The translations under genes and the position numbers were made by a program. Below are positions 39,901-51,430 of a stretch of DNA of 64,000 nt, piece after piece. The notes beneath the pieces were generated by a model, which saw only the letters and a list, made by a program, of their open reading frames with translations, had not been told where the DNA came from and did no database searches. This stretch comes from Macrostomum lignano (taxonomy: Eukaryota), in contig NIVC01000376.1 of assembly GCA_002269645.1 (NCBI GenBank), forward strand, positions 620,001 to 684,000, in the 5' to 3' direction. Numbering within the stretch: the stretch's first letter is position 1; every line of letters starts with the position of its first letter.

Positions 39901-42031
39901 GCCTCCTCTGGTGAAGTCGCCGCCGAAGCGAGCTGGTGGCGGTAAGTTTGAACTCTACATGGTGCACTGCAATTCACATTTAGCATGGACACCGTTGACG
40001 TGTTTACAATTGAAAGAAAATTATTTGTTCCTCAATTCAAGGCCACGCCATTGCTGATGGAAACCGCAAAGTTGGAGACGAAGGAGACAGTGAAAAAATA
40101 GTCGTGTCAGTCAAGGAAATTCTACCTGTCGTGATCTCCCTGGCCGTCCTCTTACTCGTTGCCATCGTTCTAACCATAGTCTTCTGCGTTTATCGACGCT
40201 CAGCCAAGGCAGCCGCCGCTGCCGACGCGGCAGCAGCCGCAGCCGCCGACGATCCGTGCGGGCTGGCCAGCGGCAAGGCAATGCGGCTGGCGGCCACCAA
40301 GAAGTCCGTCTCGGACGTCAGACTGGATCTGCAGTGCACAACGCCGCTGCTCACGGCGCAGGAGTTTCCCATTACTCAGATTCGGTGAGAACAGCTTGAC
40401 CGAAAACCCAGACTCATTTTAATGATGATAATTGATTAAATCTGCCTTAACGGGCAGATGTGCAACCGACAGCTCAGCCGTAGCTATTGCGCGGCGCACC
40501 TGAAAGCTGCGTACGGCTGTTCTGTCCAAGGACTGGGGGGGGGGTCGCCACACAGCCTCAATTACCCTACCCATTTTACAGCTGGGTGAACTGAAGCAAT
40601 ACAGAGTTAAGTGTCTTGCTCAAGGAGAATCGAACCCCGACATTTTAGTCGCCCTCCGACTCTCTAACCACTGGGCTACAATCCCAGTTGTAGGATTTTT
40701 ATTGAAGACTCAATTTGACCCTTATAGTGCTTGCTACGAACTAAATGCCATGGAAACATCCTGTAAGCTTGCCGTACAAGCCAATGTAGAACGTAGACGT
40801 CTCGTCTCGGGAAGTACATGCAGCGAGAATCTCAGAGCTCTAGGAACCAAAATTCTATTGCATCCAAATCCCAATGCAGATTTAATTATTCCAAAACTTC
40901 TCTCCCACTTTCAGATTCGGAGAACTTCTCGGCGAGTCAGCGTTCGGTCGCGTCTACAAAGGTGAACTGATAGGCGTCTACAGCGAGACGTCTCTGACAC
41001 CGGTGGCCATCAAGTGCTTGAACGGCAGTGCAGATGCGGCCCTGAAGGAGGAATTCTCCCAGGAGCTTCAGCAGCTGGCCGGCCTGTCCCATCCCAATCT
41101 GATCCGACTTCTGGGTGTGTCGCTGCGCCAGAGCCCCTGCTGCCTGGCCATGGAGCTGCCTCCGCACGGCGACCTTCACGAGTTCCTGGCCTACAGAAGT
41201 CCTCGAAGCGAACACAGCGGCGACTATCACGATCCCCTGAGCCAGGCTCAGATGTTCCACATGGCCACTCAGGTGGCCTCCGCTGTGGAATACCTGACCC
41301 TGAGGTGCCTCGTCCATCGGGACATCGCGGCAAGAAATATTCAGCTGGGCGACAAGCTGGAGTGCAAACTGAGCGACCTGGGCCAGTGCCGCGACATCTA
41401 CGCGCCTGACTACTACCTGCTGCGGCCGGGCAGCCGCCTGCCCATCCGCTGGATGCCGCCCGAGGCCACGCTCTACGGCCAGTTCTCAACCCACAGCGAT
41501 GCCTACAGCTTCGGGGTGCTGCTGTGGGAGATCTGGTCCTACGGCCTGCAGCCCTACTACGGCTATTCGAATAGTGACGTCATTGAGCTGGTGCGCAAGC
41601 GCCAGCTATTGGCCTGCCCGCCGGACTGCCCACCCAGGCTGTACAGCCTCATGCTAGAGTGCTGGACCCAGCCGATGGTACATCGAGTGTCGGCCACTGA
41701 GATCTGCAATCGATTGAGACAGCTTCAAACGGAGGTTCTGGTCGAACTGTCGACTTCATCTCAGGGCTCGTCGGGCAACACCAACTCGACTGCGTTCAGC
41801 GGCGAACGGCCGATGGGGCAGCTGGCTCAGCCGGCCTCTCAGCGAGTCATTCCGGTGCCAGTGCCGCAGTTGAGTCCCCCAGGGTCCAGCGCGGGATCCG
41901 CGGGCTCGACAACGGCGTACAGCAGCGGCGGCGGAAGCAGCTCAATGGTGCAGAGCTACCAGCTGCACGGACCGCCGCAGAGGCAGCCACTGGGACTGCG
42001 GCAGAACTTCCACTCCACCATGGCTGTCTGA
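36910..42031 (+). CDS. ROR: Ror receptor tyrosine kinase (Ig + Frizzled CRD + kringle + TM + kinase), 951 aa; exons 36910-37022, 37836-38066, 38308-38624, 39130-39381, 39459-39941, 40042-40384, 40915-42031
   Basis: Signal peptide MACRSQSTLLLLAAFSHLLLARSAEA; Ig (YCDIVGTPVPNYQWYKDG...DSGSYRC); CRD (C...LCRYNFPEC...LCRTDCE); kringle (CY...YRG...C.PW...NQCR...PWCF); TM; kinase GESAFG, VAIK, HRDIAARN, SDLG, YAPDYY, LPIRWMPPEA; Ser/Pro-rich tail. All six introns are GT-AG and phase-consistent. Confidence 0.95.
37110..37407 (-). mobile_element. tRNA-derived CORE-like SINE, family A (Ror intron 1)
   Basis: Minus strand: GCCTAGTGG A box, GGTTCGATTCCC B box, CORE-like GACACTTAAC...CAGCTGTAAAATGGG, (ATT)-rich tail. 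Homologous to 40420-40687 and 43790-44108. Confidence 0.85.
38805..38855. repeat. 10-bp repeat (CCTGTGCAAT) x5 in Ror intron 3
   Basis: Direct inspection. Confidence 0.9.
40420..40687 (-). mobile_element. SINE family A copy (Ror intron 6), internally deleted
   Basis: Same CAGATGTGCAACCGAC...CCAAGGACTGGGG...CCCATTTTACAGCTGGGTGAACTG...AAGTGTCTTGCTCAAGGA core. Confidence 0.85.
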
Positions 42032-43789
42032 ACTGAACGCATCGCCGGCAATCAAAGTGCTGGATTCCCCCCCCCCCCCGACTGACATTTCCCATCCAAG
42101 ATTTCAACTGCCTGACGCGATAGCGGTACTGGTGGCCGGGCATATGGCTGCAGCTTTTTGTAGTGCCGAGAGACCCGCTGGCGGACTGCATTGCATGTCG
42201 CCATCTGGCAATACCATCTCGGGACCGATTTGATAGGACCGAAGCCGCCGTGACAAAGAGGGACACTCACTGGGATGGGCACAGCTGATGGAATGCAATT
42301 TGGACGCGATTCGAGAAGGAACTTTAAGACGGCCCCCCAATCCTGTACAAGCGATCGTGACTTTGCATTGACATCCCGGGGACGCCTGACCCCAGCTAAA
42401 ACCGCTGCAGTTTCGAGAGCCGAAATTTCAGCCATTTTTACTAATAACATCAAGAGATAAACATTTTGACACAAGTGCAGCTGAGTTTCTTGGCTTTCCT
42501 TCACACTGTATCTGTTCCCGTAAGAAGCAATCGGCACCTCAACTTCATATCTACTCGCTATAATTGTCAGTTTGAAAAAAAACTCTCCCGGAGCGACTTC
42601 ACTGCGAACTCGCTGCATTATCAGCACACCGTTGTTTTGAAGACGCTGGAAGCACAAAAATGCTTGTACATTTTGATCACTCTATTTCTGTTTAATCTTG
42701 TCAGTTCAACTCTCGTGTCTGGATGGCCTTTTGTTTTTATTTTGAGATAGGGAACTGCAAATGCGGGTCTCTAATAGCTGAAATATACTTCTGTTTCATA
42801 CTTGCTTAATCGAACTATGACTTTTATAACTGCGAGTCAGAGTAATTTTCGATAGGGATCGTGTTTGAACATCAGCGCTGGCTGTGGCACGATGTCACCG
42901 AAGGCAGCCGATATTCATGAAAACTGAAAAGCATGCAAAGGAGTACATTCTGCTGAAATATGACCACATGTACATGTAGATGTATTTATTCGGTTCAGAA
43001 TGGTTTCATATTCTCAACTACGAGTTCTATAAAGTACAAAACTGTTTACTTATTGAATCACCTTTCCATCTAAAGAAGAGAATTCATGGCAAGAAGAGAT
43101 GTGCAGAAAAAGCAGCGGGCCTCTGCATGCGCTGGAAGGCAGAGATGGCGGTTGCTAACCCCTGCCCCCAGGTGACTGACACTTTCAAGGGTGAGTCTCG
43201 AAGGTTGCGTCCAGTCAGCAATACTGGCCACCCTGAGCAGGAATTTCACACTTTTCACTGAGCCAACAGCTGCCTGAGCTAAAGCAGCCTGTGCTGCTTT
43301 TAGAAGAAGAAGGAAAACGAAGCCAAAAAGTTGCTACAGAGTGGGTGGAGAGAGAAAAGTGAAGCAAAAGAAAATGCAATCCCGCAGACACTGAGCCGCA
43401 AGTGCTCAGCTCAGAGGCAAACTTGCGCACGCAAACTCAAGCCCAGCTATATTTCAGAATTTAATAAGGAGGCCACTTAAACCTGTCTGTCTCCTAGTGC
43501 CGTCAAGTCAAATTCTTGGCTGCAAGCTCAGACTTTGAAGCGCGGCTTTTCGCTGGCGCAAGCAGAGCAGAGGCTACCCAGGAAAATATTCTGGACTGCA
43601 GCTTTCAACATGGGCCTGACATTACAAGGTCTAGATTTTCCGTTATGCTTTAGACTGCTCTAGACAATAACAAAAATTATCAAATAATAACAGCGTCACA
43701 GGGTGCACTTAAAAGACTTGGGAGCGAACCTAGACCGGATCCGGGCAGAAGGCCAGAAGGCAGTTGACAAAATGACAATTGCGCATCAC

Positions 43790-44108
43790 TATTACTAATA
43801 ATAATAATCATTATAATTGACTACACCTGCTTTAACGAACAGATGTGCAACCGACGGCTCAGCCGCAGCTATTGTGCGGCGCATCTGAAGGCTGCATACG
43901 GCTGTTCAGTCCAAGGACTGGGGGGTCGCTACACACACCCTCAGTTACCCCAGCTAATGCTGGCACCCATTTTACAGCTGGGTGAACTGAAGCAATGCAG
44001 AGTTAAGTGTCTTGCTCAAGGACACAAATTGTTCCGAGTGGGCCGAGTATCGAACCCCCGACCTTTCAGTCGTGAGTCCGACGCTCTAGCCACTAGCCTA
44101 CAACGCCC
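43790..44108 (-). mobile_element. SINE family A copy (most complete) between Ror and the NTE-like gene
   Basis: Minus strand GGGCGTTGTAGGCTAGTGGCTAGAGC...GGTTCGATACTC...GTGTCCTTGAGCAAGACACTTAAC...CTGTAAAATGGG...(ATT)n. The central part resembles the CORE domain of MIR-type SINEs. Confidence 0.88.
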
Positions 44109-44521
44109 TTCTAGACTACAATCTCTTTGGCTACAACCCCAAAGCATTTCCAGATACACCTGTTGAATAATTTCGCCTTTTGTTAATACTCGTACGTCGC
44201 ACATCCTACTTTTGTTAATAACAAACAATCTGCTTTAATTATGATCAGCTTTATACAGAGAATATCGAGCGCTATATAGCGCTGTATAGCGCTCGATATT
44301 ATCTGGCTTTATATTATACGAGTGGAAATCCTCCTTCGGAGGAGAAAGGGGAAGAACTACCATCACCGGAATTCCATTCCCTGAAATCCATCAGCTGATT
44401 AGAACAGCCATAAAATATATGGTTCTTTTATCATTAACTTGAAAAAGGAAAAAAATTGATGCCACACTTGTATATTTGAAACTGTATATTTTAAATCGGT
44501 TAACAAAAACTGGTGTCAGAG

Positions 44522-47500
44522 TCAGCCGATCTGGCCAGATGCCTGTGTCGCCCCTGCCCGGCCCTGAAGCGCCGTCCGTCCGACGGTGCCGAGTCGCCGC
44601 AGCCGCCGCCGGGCCGCCCAGTAGCCGCGCCATCGCTCGAAGTCGCCGGCACGCCCGCCCGCCTTGGCGAACTCCTCAGTGGAGAAGCTCGGGTCCGGCT
44701 GGACAGTGACGCACCAGCTCAGCGGAGCCGCGCTTGCCTCCTCCGCTACTTCAGCATCTACAGCGTCCTCTTCATCTTCAAGGTCGTCATCGTCGTCCTT
44801 GCCGCCAACTGAGAGCTCACCGGATGCCAGGCTGCCCAGAGCTCCTTGAATATCGGCAGCAGAGGGCGCCAGTGGGGTCAGCCTGAAGGGATTCAACGAG
44901 CGGAGAAGCTCGGAAAATCCGGACACAGCGTCGCCGAAGACCAGGTAGGTGCCCGGGCGGAGGCGACGCTTGCTTTCCAACGCGGCGGCGACAACGTAGC
45001 GCGCTTTCAGACGACGTCGAAGCGTGCGCGCCGGCATCCGATCAGTGTGGGCGCCGTCCAGCAGCAGTCGGCCGGTGCGCGGCTCCCACACGGGCGGATA
45101 GGCGCCTACCAGGCCGCAGCTGGCTCGGACAGAGCGCCACAGTGTTCCAGTTGCGTGTGCCACCGCCTGGGCCACCACCAGGTCGGTGCTGACCGCTACA
45201 AACGGCAGCCAGAGATCCTCGGCCTGACGGTGATCGCCGAACAGTTGCCGGAGGGAGGCGTTGAGCTCCGCTCCGGTGTAAGTTGCCACCAGCGGCAGCG
45301 TTAGGTCGCGCAAGCGAGACCAGCGCGAGTCGATGCGCGCCCAGTGGCGCTGCAAGCCGGCTCGAGTGGCGCCAATGTCGCCTTCGTGCAGCGCCCAGGC
45401 CGCGGCGGTGAGCGCGCCGAGGCCGCTCCCAGCGATCATATCGACTGCGACGCCGTCGGACAGCAGAGCTTCCAGAACGCCGAAGTTGGCCAGACCGCGG
45501 GGCACCGCGCTGCCGAAGGCGAGGCCGACCCCGACGCCGGTGACGCAGCGGGTCAGGCGGGCGAGATCCGAGTGGGAGCTGATCCAGCTGGCCAACTCAG
45601 GCTGCTGTGCGGCCGACTGCGCTGCTGGTTTTGCAGCAGAGCCTTCGGGCTTTGGCTTGTAACGCCCTGTGCTGTAGCGCACATGGTACACGCGTCGAGC
45701 CCACCACCTGGTAATTGACAAAAATTTACTACTCATATCAGTAGGACGCTTGCAGCTTGCGATAGAAGGGAGTCAAGTTTTGAATCGTGCACTCTACCAG
45801 GGGTTTAGGTCAGCGCCTTTAAACTCCTGAATTATCTCTAGACTAAATGTCGATTCAGGGTGCAAGTTGAATGAAAATCACCGACGTGTGGAAAACTCGA
45901 AAACTGAAATTACCTTCGCCGTCGGAGAAAGCGCAGCGAAGTGCCCTCCGGCACTGGACGCAGGGTCAGTGGGTGAAACACTGCCACGTGTACCCGACTA
46001 AGATGCATCTTAGTCGCATCTTTCTAAGAGAGTAGAAATTTTCTGCTTTGCTCGGCACCTCGCCGCTCGCGTCAGCTCCAGCCACGTCCGAGTCGCAGCA
46101 CACGACTAGACAGTCGAGAAAGCCGAGCACCATCCGGGTCCACCGGGTCACCGGACCGGTGCTGACTAGCACTAAGACGGAGAAGGCCAGCTCCAGGTCC
46201 TCCAGCCAGTTGCGCAGCGCCGCATCGGGCAGCTGATCAGCCGGACGGCCAAAGTGCCGCTCGACGTCGGTTTCCGACACAACCATGGCAGTGTCAGTGC
46301 CATGGGCTGCGTCCAGACAGAGCTGGAGGTGATGCAGCAGCTCGTTCAGGTTGAACCGTGTCGGATCAACCAGACGGGATCGGTTTCGCCGTCGCTGCCT
46401 CGTCAGCCAAGCAGTCACATGCGCAACTGGCTTCTCGTCTTCATCTGGCGCGTAGCCAAGGTCGTCGTCGTTGTTTTCTTTGAATCCATTGTCGCTTGCG
46501 TCACGACGGCAAACCCGAAGCCGCGTTTGTTTCCGGCGTTGGAGCCGCGTCAGCCGCTGCTGCTGACGGTCGAGCTGGGCCTCGCACATGCTGCCCAACA
46601 GGCGGTCAAGGATGTTCAGCCTACGAGTATTGGAGACCCAAGCCCGAGCCAGGCTGAGCGGCAGTGAGACGGCGCGAGACTCGCGAACGGCCACAATGTC
46701 ACCGGACCAGCATGTGCTGACGGCGCTGCTCTCCATCAAGCCTTCAATCAGGCCGGCGCAGTCGCCGCGAGTAAACTCGGTGCTACCGTCGCGTCGAAGA
46801 CGACCGCTGACAACGATCTCTACTGTTTCTGTGGGATCACCTTTTCGAACCAGATGATCTCCTCGGTGAAGCCTTCGATTGTTAATGAGCGTGTCGTAGA
46901 GAAACACCTGACGAGTCAGTTGACGCAGCAAGAAGCTAACGGCGGCCTCCGAAGAGGATTCTGTCGCTTTCGGGGATCTGAATTTCGGTTTTAATGTTTT
47001 GAAAGGCTTAATTGTTTGAATCTAGCACAAATCTACAGAGCTGCATAAGTATGTATGTCTTTACAAATACATTCTCAGAAATTTATAATTGGATAAAATT
47101 CTGAATGCAGCTAAAAATTTAGTACAAGAATACATTTATACCATGTCTACATGAAACTTTTGCTTACAAATTAGCCGATGGGCTCCCTCAAAAATAAAAT
47201 AAACCTGAACATCTCGTCCATCAAAGCGTCGGAAATGATGACTAAAACGACGCCGCCTCCGCCGCCGCCACCGCCAACGACGCCGCTGCCATCGCGTTTC
47301 GCATCATCTTCGTCATCAGCATCGTCGACAGCCGGTCGCACCAGGAATGGCAGTCGACTTTGCGCAAAGTACGGGACAAGACCGACCCAGCCTGGCAGAA
47401 CGCTGCTGCTTCCCTGGCTGACGCCAAGCGTGGCCTGAGTTGGCGTGGTCTCCAGGCGTCCTTCCAGCACCAGGAAGGCGCGAAAACCGTCCAGAGCTTC

Positions 47501-48946
47501 CTTATCTGGTGCCACTGAGCAATACACAATTGTGATGTGATCTTCAGCGCCTTCGCTTGGGCTGGCCGTCCCACTGATCTCCTCGAGCAACCGGACAGCC
47601 AGCCGTCGGTACAAGGGCCTGCGCTCGTAGAATGACATGCTGGCAAAATTCACGCCTGAGGTTGCGGCTACTTCGTCCGCAAGGCGGTCGATTTCTTGGG
47701 AAAGCAAATCTTCGTAGAATTTTGTTTCTAGAAAACTGAAAAAAGCAGGAAGATTGCGTACTTTCTTTAATGCTCGTACTTTCTGGCCAAGTTCAGTCTT
47801 CAGTCTTTGATCTATTCAACGCCAAAGATCTTATTTGGGATTTGTCTACAAAAATTGGCTGAGGCTTGCCATGACAATAACACACATAAGAGCCAATCCC
47901 CAAGGCACATAGAGTGTACATGCCTGACGTCAGAGCCGCTGTATACCCTGTTTGAGCGTGTGTATGAGGAGGATGCCCACAGGTCTCCTACCAATGTTTA
48001 TGTATGTACTTTATCATTCTATGCGACAAGATAAAATGTCATTACGAGCTCCTCTACTTCGACCCCTCACTGCCACAGAAACGCATTTGATTAAGAATCG
48101 AACAGAACGTGCTACCCGAGCACAAACATGTGCACACCTTCCTGCCTCCAGTCCGAGCCACTCCACCAGCACCAGCAGCAAGGTGTCGTTGATATGCGAC
48201 CAAAGCTGCAGCAGCAAGTGTCGTTTGGCCTCCGGCCATGCGTCCAGACAGTTGGCAATGCTCGCAAAGGAGATCGACCAAAAACCGGCTGGCGGCATCC
48301 GGGCGTGCAGGCTGCACGGAAACGAGTGGACAGCTTGCGAGATGCTCTGCCGTTGCCGCTCCGACAGCAGAGAGCGCGCCAGGCCGCTAGGACTGTACAG
48401 AAGCCGCAGGCCGCCGGTGCGGAACCGAGTGGCAGCTCCGCCTCCACTGGCAGGCTGCAGGCTGAGTGTGACTTGAGTGTCCGAGTCGGACAGAACGAAA
48501 AGCCGATCGAGGCCCGTGTCGCTCTGGTAGAAGCAGTCGCAATGCACAAAACGCCCGCAACCTTGCTCACGACCTTCGGTTTGCAGAGCCTCGGCAATGG
48601 CCGTTAAAGGCTTGGAGTCGAGCGTCTTGAAGAACGGCGAGTCGCTCAATGCTTCGATAAGGCTGTCGAGCTCGGTTCGCTTGCGCACCTCCTCGTCTAT
48701 GAAGTCTTGCAGGGAGCTGATCGACCTGCTCACAGTGGAGCTACGATCTCGCCCCAACTGGCACTGAGCTTCGACCTCCGTTTCCAACTGGTAGCTGCTG
48801 GCGCTCAGCAGGCTGATGATGTTGGACAGAGTCTGCGTAGGGCGCACTGCCCGATAGCGCAAGAATTTGTACGCGAGACGTTGCACTGTGTGCGCGAGAG
48901 TGAGGCATACGGCCAGGGCAGCAAGTAGCCAGCTAAGCTGTAGCAT
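44522..48946 (-). CDS. PNPLA6: Neuropathy-target-esterase/Swiss-cheese (PNPLA6/7)-like protein, ~1190 aa: N-terminal TM, three divergent cNMP-binding domains, patatin domain with degenerate catalytic motifs; exons 48946-48138, 47735-47205, 46977-45994, [45953-45914], 45748(or 45755)-44522
   Basis: CNB3 GDHLVRKGD...IVVSGRLR...RGDCAGLIE...VAVRES. Patatin region HSDLARLTRCVTG...EDLWLPFVAVSTDL...GTLWRSVRASC..VG.YPP..EPRTG.LLLDG matches NTE (HSDFSRLARVLTG...EDLWLPYFNVTTDI...GSLWRYVRASM...DPKDGHLLMDGG). First two introns are phase-consistent; the exon 3-final junction has two possible solutions. Confidence 0.88.
47890..47970 (+). mobile_element. SINE family B fragment in NTE-like intron 1
   Basis: CCCCAAGGCACATAGAGTGTACATGCCT...GAGCCGCTGTATACCCTGTTTGAGCGTGTGTATGAG matches the other family B copies. 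Confidence 0.65.
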
Positions 48947-49093
48947 GGTTTACCCAAGTTTTACAATATCTATATTGTTTAAACAACCAGCGTTGACTTA
49001 ATAAGCTGTTAAAATTAATTTGAGCCTCCGCCAGCGCCAATCGAGTTTGTGACACGTGCTTGACAAAACTTGGTTTTTAACATAGATAATTTA

Positions 49094-51171
49094 TAGCTTT
49101 TTGCAGCTAATTTGGGCTTACGACGTACGCGCATTGAACTTAATCTAAGATAGGTTTGCCGATGTAACGGAGCTTTTGTCTATGGTAGCAAGGCTGGCAC
49201 AGCGGCAAATTTGGTCCAACAAGCATCAATTTGGTCATAGCTTCATTTGCAACTGTTGCGGAGGAGCAAGATCAGCCCCAGAATAGTGGACCATATGCTA
49301 GGCTGTTGAAAGAATGCCATTGGCTTGTGAAGCACTCGACAGAGGTGAAAACCCAAAGAACATTGCAAGGTTGCTGAATGTAAAAGAAAAGATGGTTTGC
49401 ATCATCCATCAGCGCGTTAAAACTCTGCCGGCAGAGATTGCCTGCGAAAGGGTGGCAATCGCCAAAGCAAGTAGCTCGAGAGCCTCTTGACCCGCTTCGG
49501 CAAAGGTGCGGGGCCAGTCAGGGCGGTCCGCCAGTACGTCCTGCAGCGTTATCTTCGTTGGGGAAGAAAGAGGCTCGTCTAGTTGCCCGAAGGAACCGGA
49601 CGAGCCGTGAGATGTTCTCGGGTCTGCAAACGTCATCGATGGATGGGTTTGGACCGAGGTGGTTTAGCTGCTCCCTAGTGAAGAACGGGCATTGACAGAC
49701 GAAATGCTGAGCATCTTCGTTGTCGTACTCGCAAAAGAGGCTCACTTCATTCCGGATGTCGCCCCGGAGGAAGCAGTGCCTAGCGAAGCAGCCATAACCC
49801 GTGAGGGTCATAGCAAGAGCTCGGATGTCCTTCCTGCTTTGGTTCAGGAGGACAGTTCGGAGCTTTCGAGATGGACGAGGGACCGCCCCACGTGATTGTC
49901 GGCAGGTGGTGAGGTTCATCCATCTGTCCCTGTGCAGGGCGGAGGCCCAGGCATCAATGCTGCGATTGATGATGGCCGCAGGGATCGGAGCCAAGGGCAG
50001 GGGTCCCTGGAGGGAGCCGCCACTTCCTTGTTTTGCAAGCGAGTCGGCCAGCTCGTTTCCAGGGAAGCCCGCGTGACCTGGGATCCATTTGACCTGGACG
50101 GCATTTTTGCGTCCCAGCGTATTGAGCATCCGGACGCAGTCGGAGACCGTCCGGGAGGCCGTAGTGGTGTGACAGAGGGCTAGCAGAGCAGTCTGACTGT
50201 CGGAGCGAAAAACTATATTTCCGGAGGTGTTTTTGGTGCACAGCTCTGCAGCGCAGGAGCTAATAGCAAGGACCTCGTTCTGGAAGACAGTAGAGAGTCT
50301 TCCAGTGTGCTGGGCATGCGTGGCGAGCACGCGGCCATTGGTGAGAATGCAGACCCCAAAGCCGGAGAGGCCATCTTTTAGGGATCCGTCTGTGTAGCAG
50401 TGGACCTCCTGGGGATTCCAGTGGTTGTTTGCCTCCTCTCGGGGAGGAAGACTGACCTTGAATCAAAGACAAAGGTTGAGCGTGCGAGGTTCCCCGTCCG
50501 AGAGGACGTTGAGGCTGCCGCTCTCCTGCAAATCTTTGAGACAAAGGTCGGAGTGAGGCAGATGCTTGCGCTTAGCCATTGCCCTCTGGGGCTTGAGAGT
50601 GATGCCGGTGTCGATGAGACGCCGGGCAGCTTTTTCTGCCTCACTGCGGACGAAAATGTCCAGCGGAGGCAGGTCAAGGAAAGCGTTGAGGCTGTCAAAG
50701 GGAGCAGAGGGCGGGGCACTCATGAGCACGCCCCTGCACTCGTTTAAGAGCCTCGAAGCAGGTCTTAATCTGCAGGGCACTGGCCCAGGCTCGAGAGCCT
50801 CATGTCCAACTGCTACTTGATGCAGTTGAGACGAACCCTTTGTTTACGTTGCAGAAATGCAGCAGAAGTTGAAGGAACAGTTTCAGTTGGTTATCAGATT
50901 TTGACTATCAGCAGAGCTCTGGAAAAGCGACTGAAAATTGTTGGTAGAAACGCTGACTTTCCAGCAGTACGCAACAATCGCAGACGGTTGTGAGAAGGCA
51001 AGATTTTGTCCAATGGCTCACGAGCGTTCGGACCAAATTGATGCTTGTTGGGCCAAATTAAATGCCGCTGCGGCAGCCAATTGCTACCATAGACAAAAGC
51101 TCCGTTTCATTGGCAAACGTATCTTGGATTAACTTCAATGCGCGTAAGCCCAAATGGGGTGCAAAAAGCTA
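49094..51171 (+). mobile_element. Non-autonomous IS630-Tc1-mariner DNA transposon derivative with ~142-bp TIRs and TA TSD, interrupted by a LINE
   Basis: Imperfect inverted repeats 49094-49236 and 51031-51171 (TAGCTTTTTGCA...TTTGGGCTTACG...TTGGTCCAACAAGCATCAATTTGGTC) flanked by TA on both sides. Internal remnant translates as HTH pieces ALDRGENPKNIARLLNV, RKGGNRQSK, LLDAVETNPLFTLQ, TISRAL, continuous across the LINE TSD. No DDE domain. Confidence 0.8.
49487..50788 (-). mobile_element. 5'-truncated RNase H-containing non-LTR retrotransposon (I/R1/LOA/Tad group), one premature stop
   Basis: 13-bp TSD GCTCGAGAGCCTC at 49474-49486 and 50789-50801. RNase H motifs YTDGS, VFQNE, SDSQ, WIPGHAG..GNELAD. 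C-terminal C..C/H/C knuckle. In-frame TGA at ~50463. Confidence 0.9.
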
Positions 51172-51254
51172 TATTAAAGATTGGTTTCTCTATGCATACA
51201 TGCTTGCTTATGGACCAAACAGTTTTAACCTCAAGCCAAATATACATACAATAT

Positions 51255-51430
51255 GGGAAAAATACAAAAAAGGGAAACTTGTAACTAAGACTGAGGATAT
51301 TACAGAAGTGTGGAAAGAATATCGCGAAAATCACTACAACTACGGTGTACTCAGTGAAGTGAGAGAAATCTTATTGTCAGAAGTTGCAGCTGCCATCAAA
51401 GAACTGAAGGCGCCAGACAACATAAGGCAG
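51255..51430 (+). mobile_element. Old RTE-type LINE fragment (endonuclease-RT linker)
   Basis: KGKLVTKTEDITEVWKEYRENHYN...ILLSEVAAAIKELKAPDNI resembles the RTE linker motif (...RWKEY..L.N...I...EV..AI..LK..KAPG.D.I). Confidence 0.6.

Noticed and set aside
41010-41489. Overlapping antisense or alternate-frame ORFs over Ror, NTE-like, RT and DEG/ENaC exons
   Set aside because: Expected shadows of GC-rich coding sequence; no independent features.
47925-47932. Second TGACGTCA (CRE) site
   Set aside because: Inside a SINE remnant in an intron; about one such 8-mer is expected by chance in 64 kb.
51062-51170. IATIDKSS as a remnant DDE catalytic motif
   Set aside because: This sequence lies inside the right TIR, so it is not transposase coding sequence.
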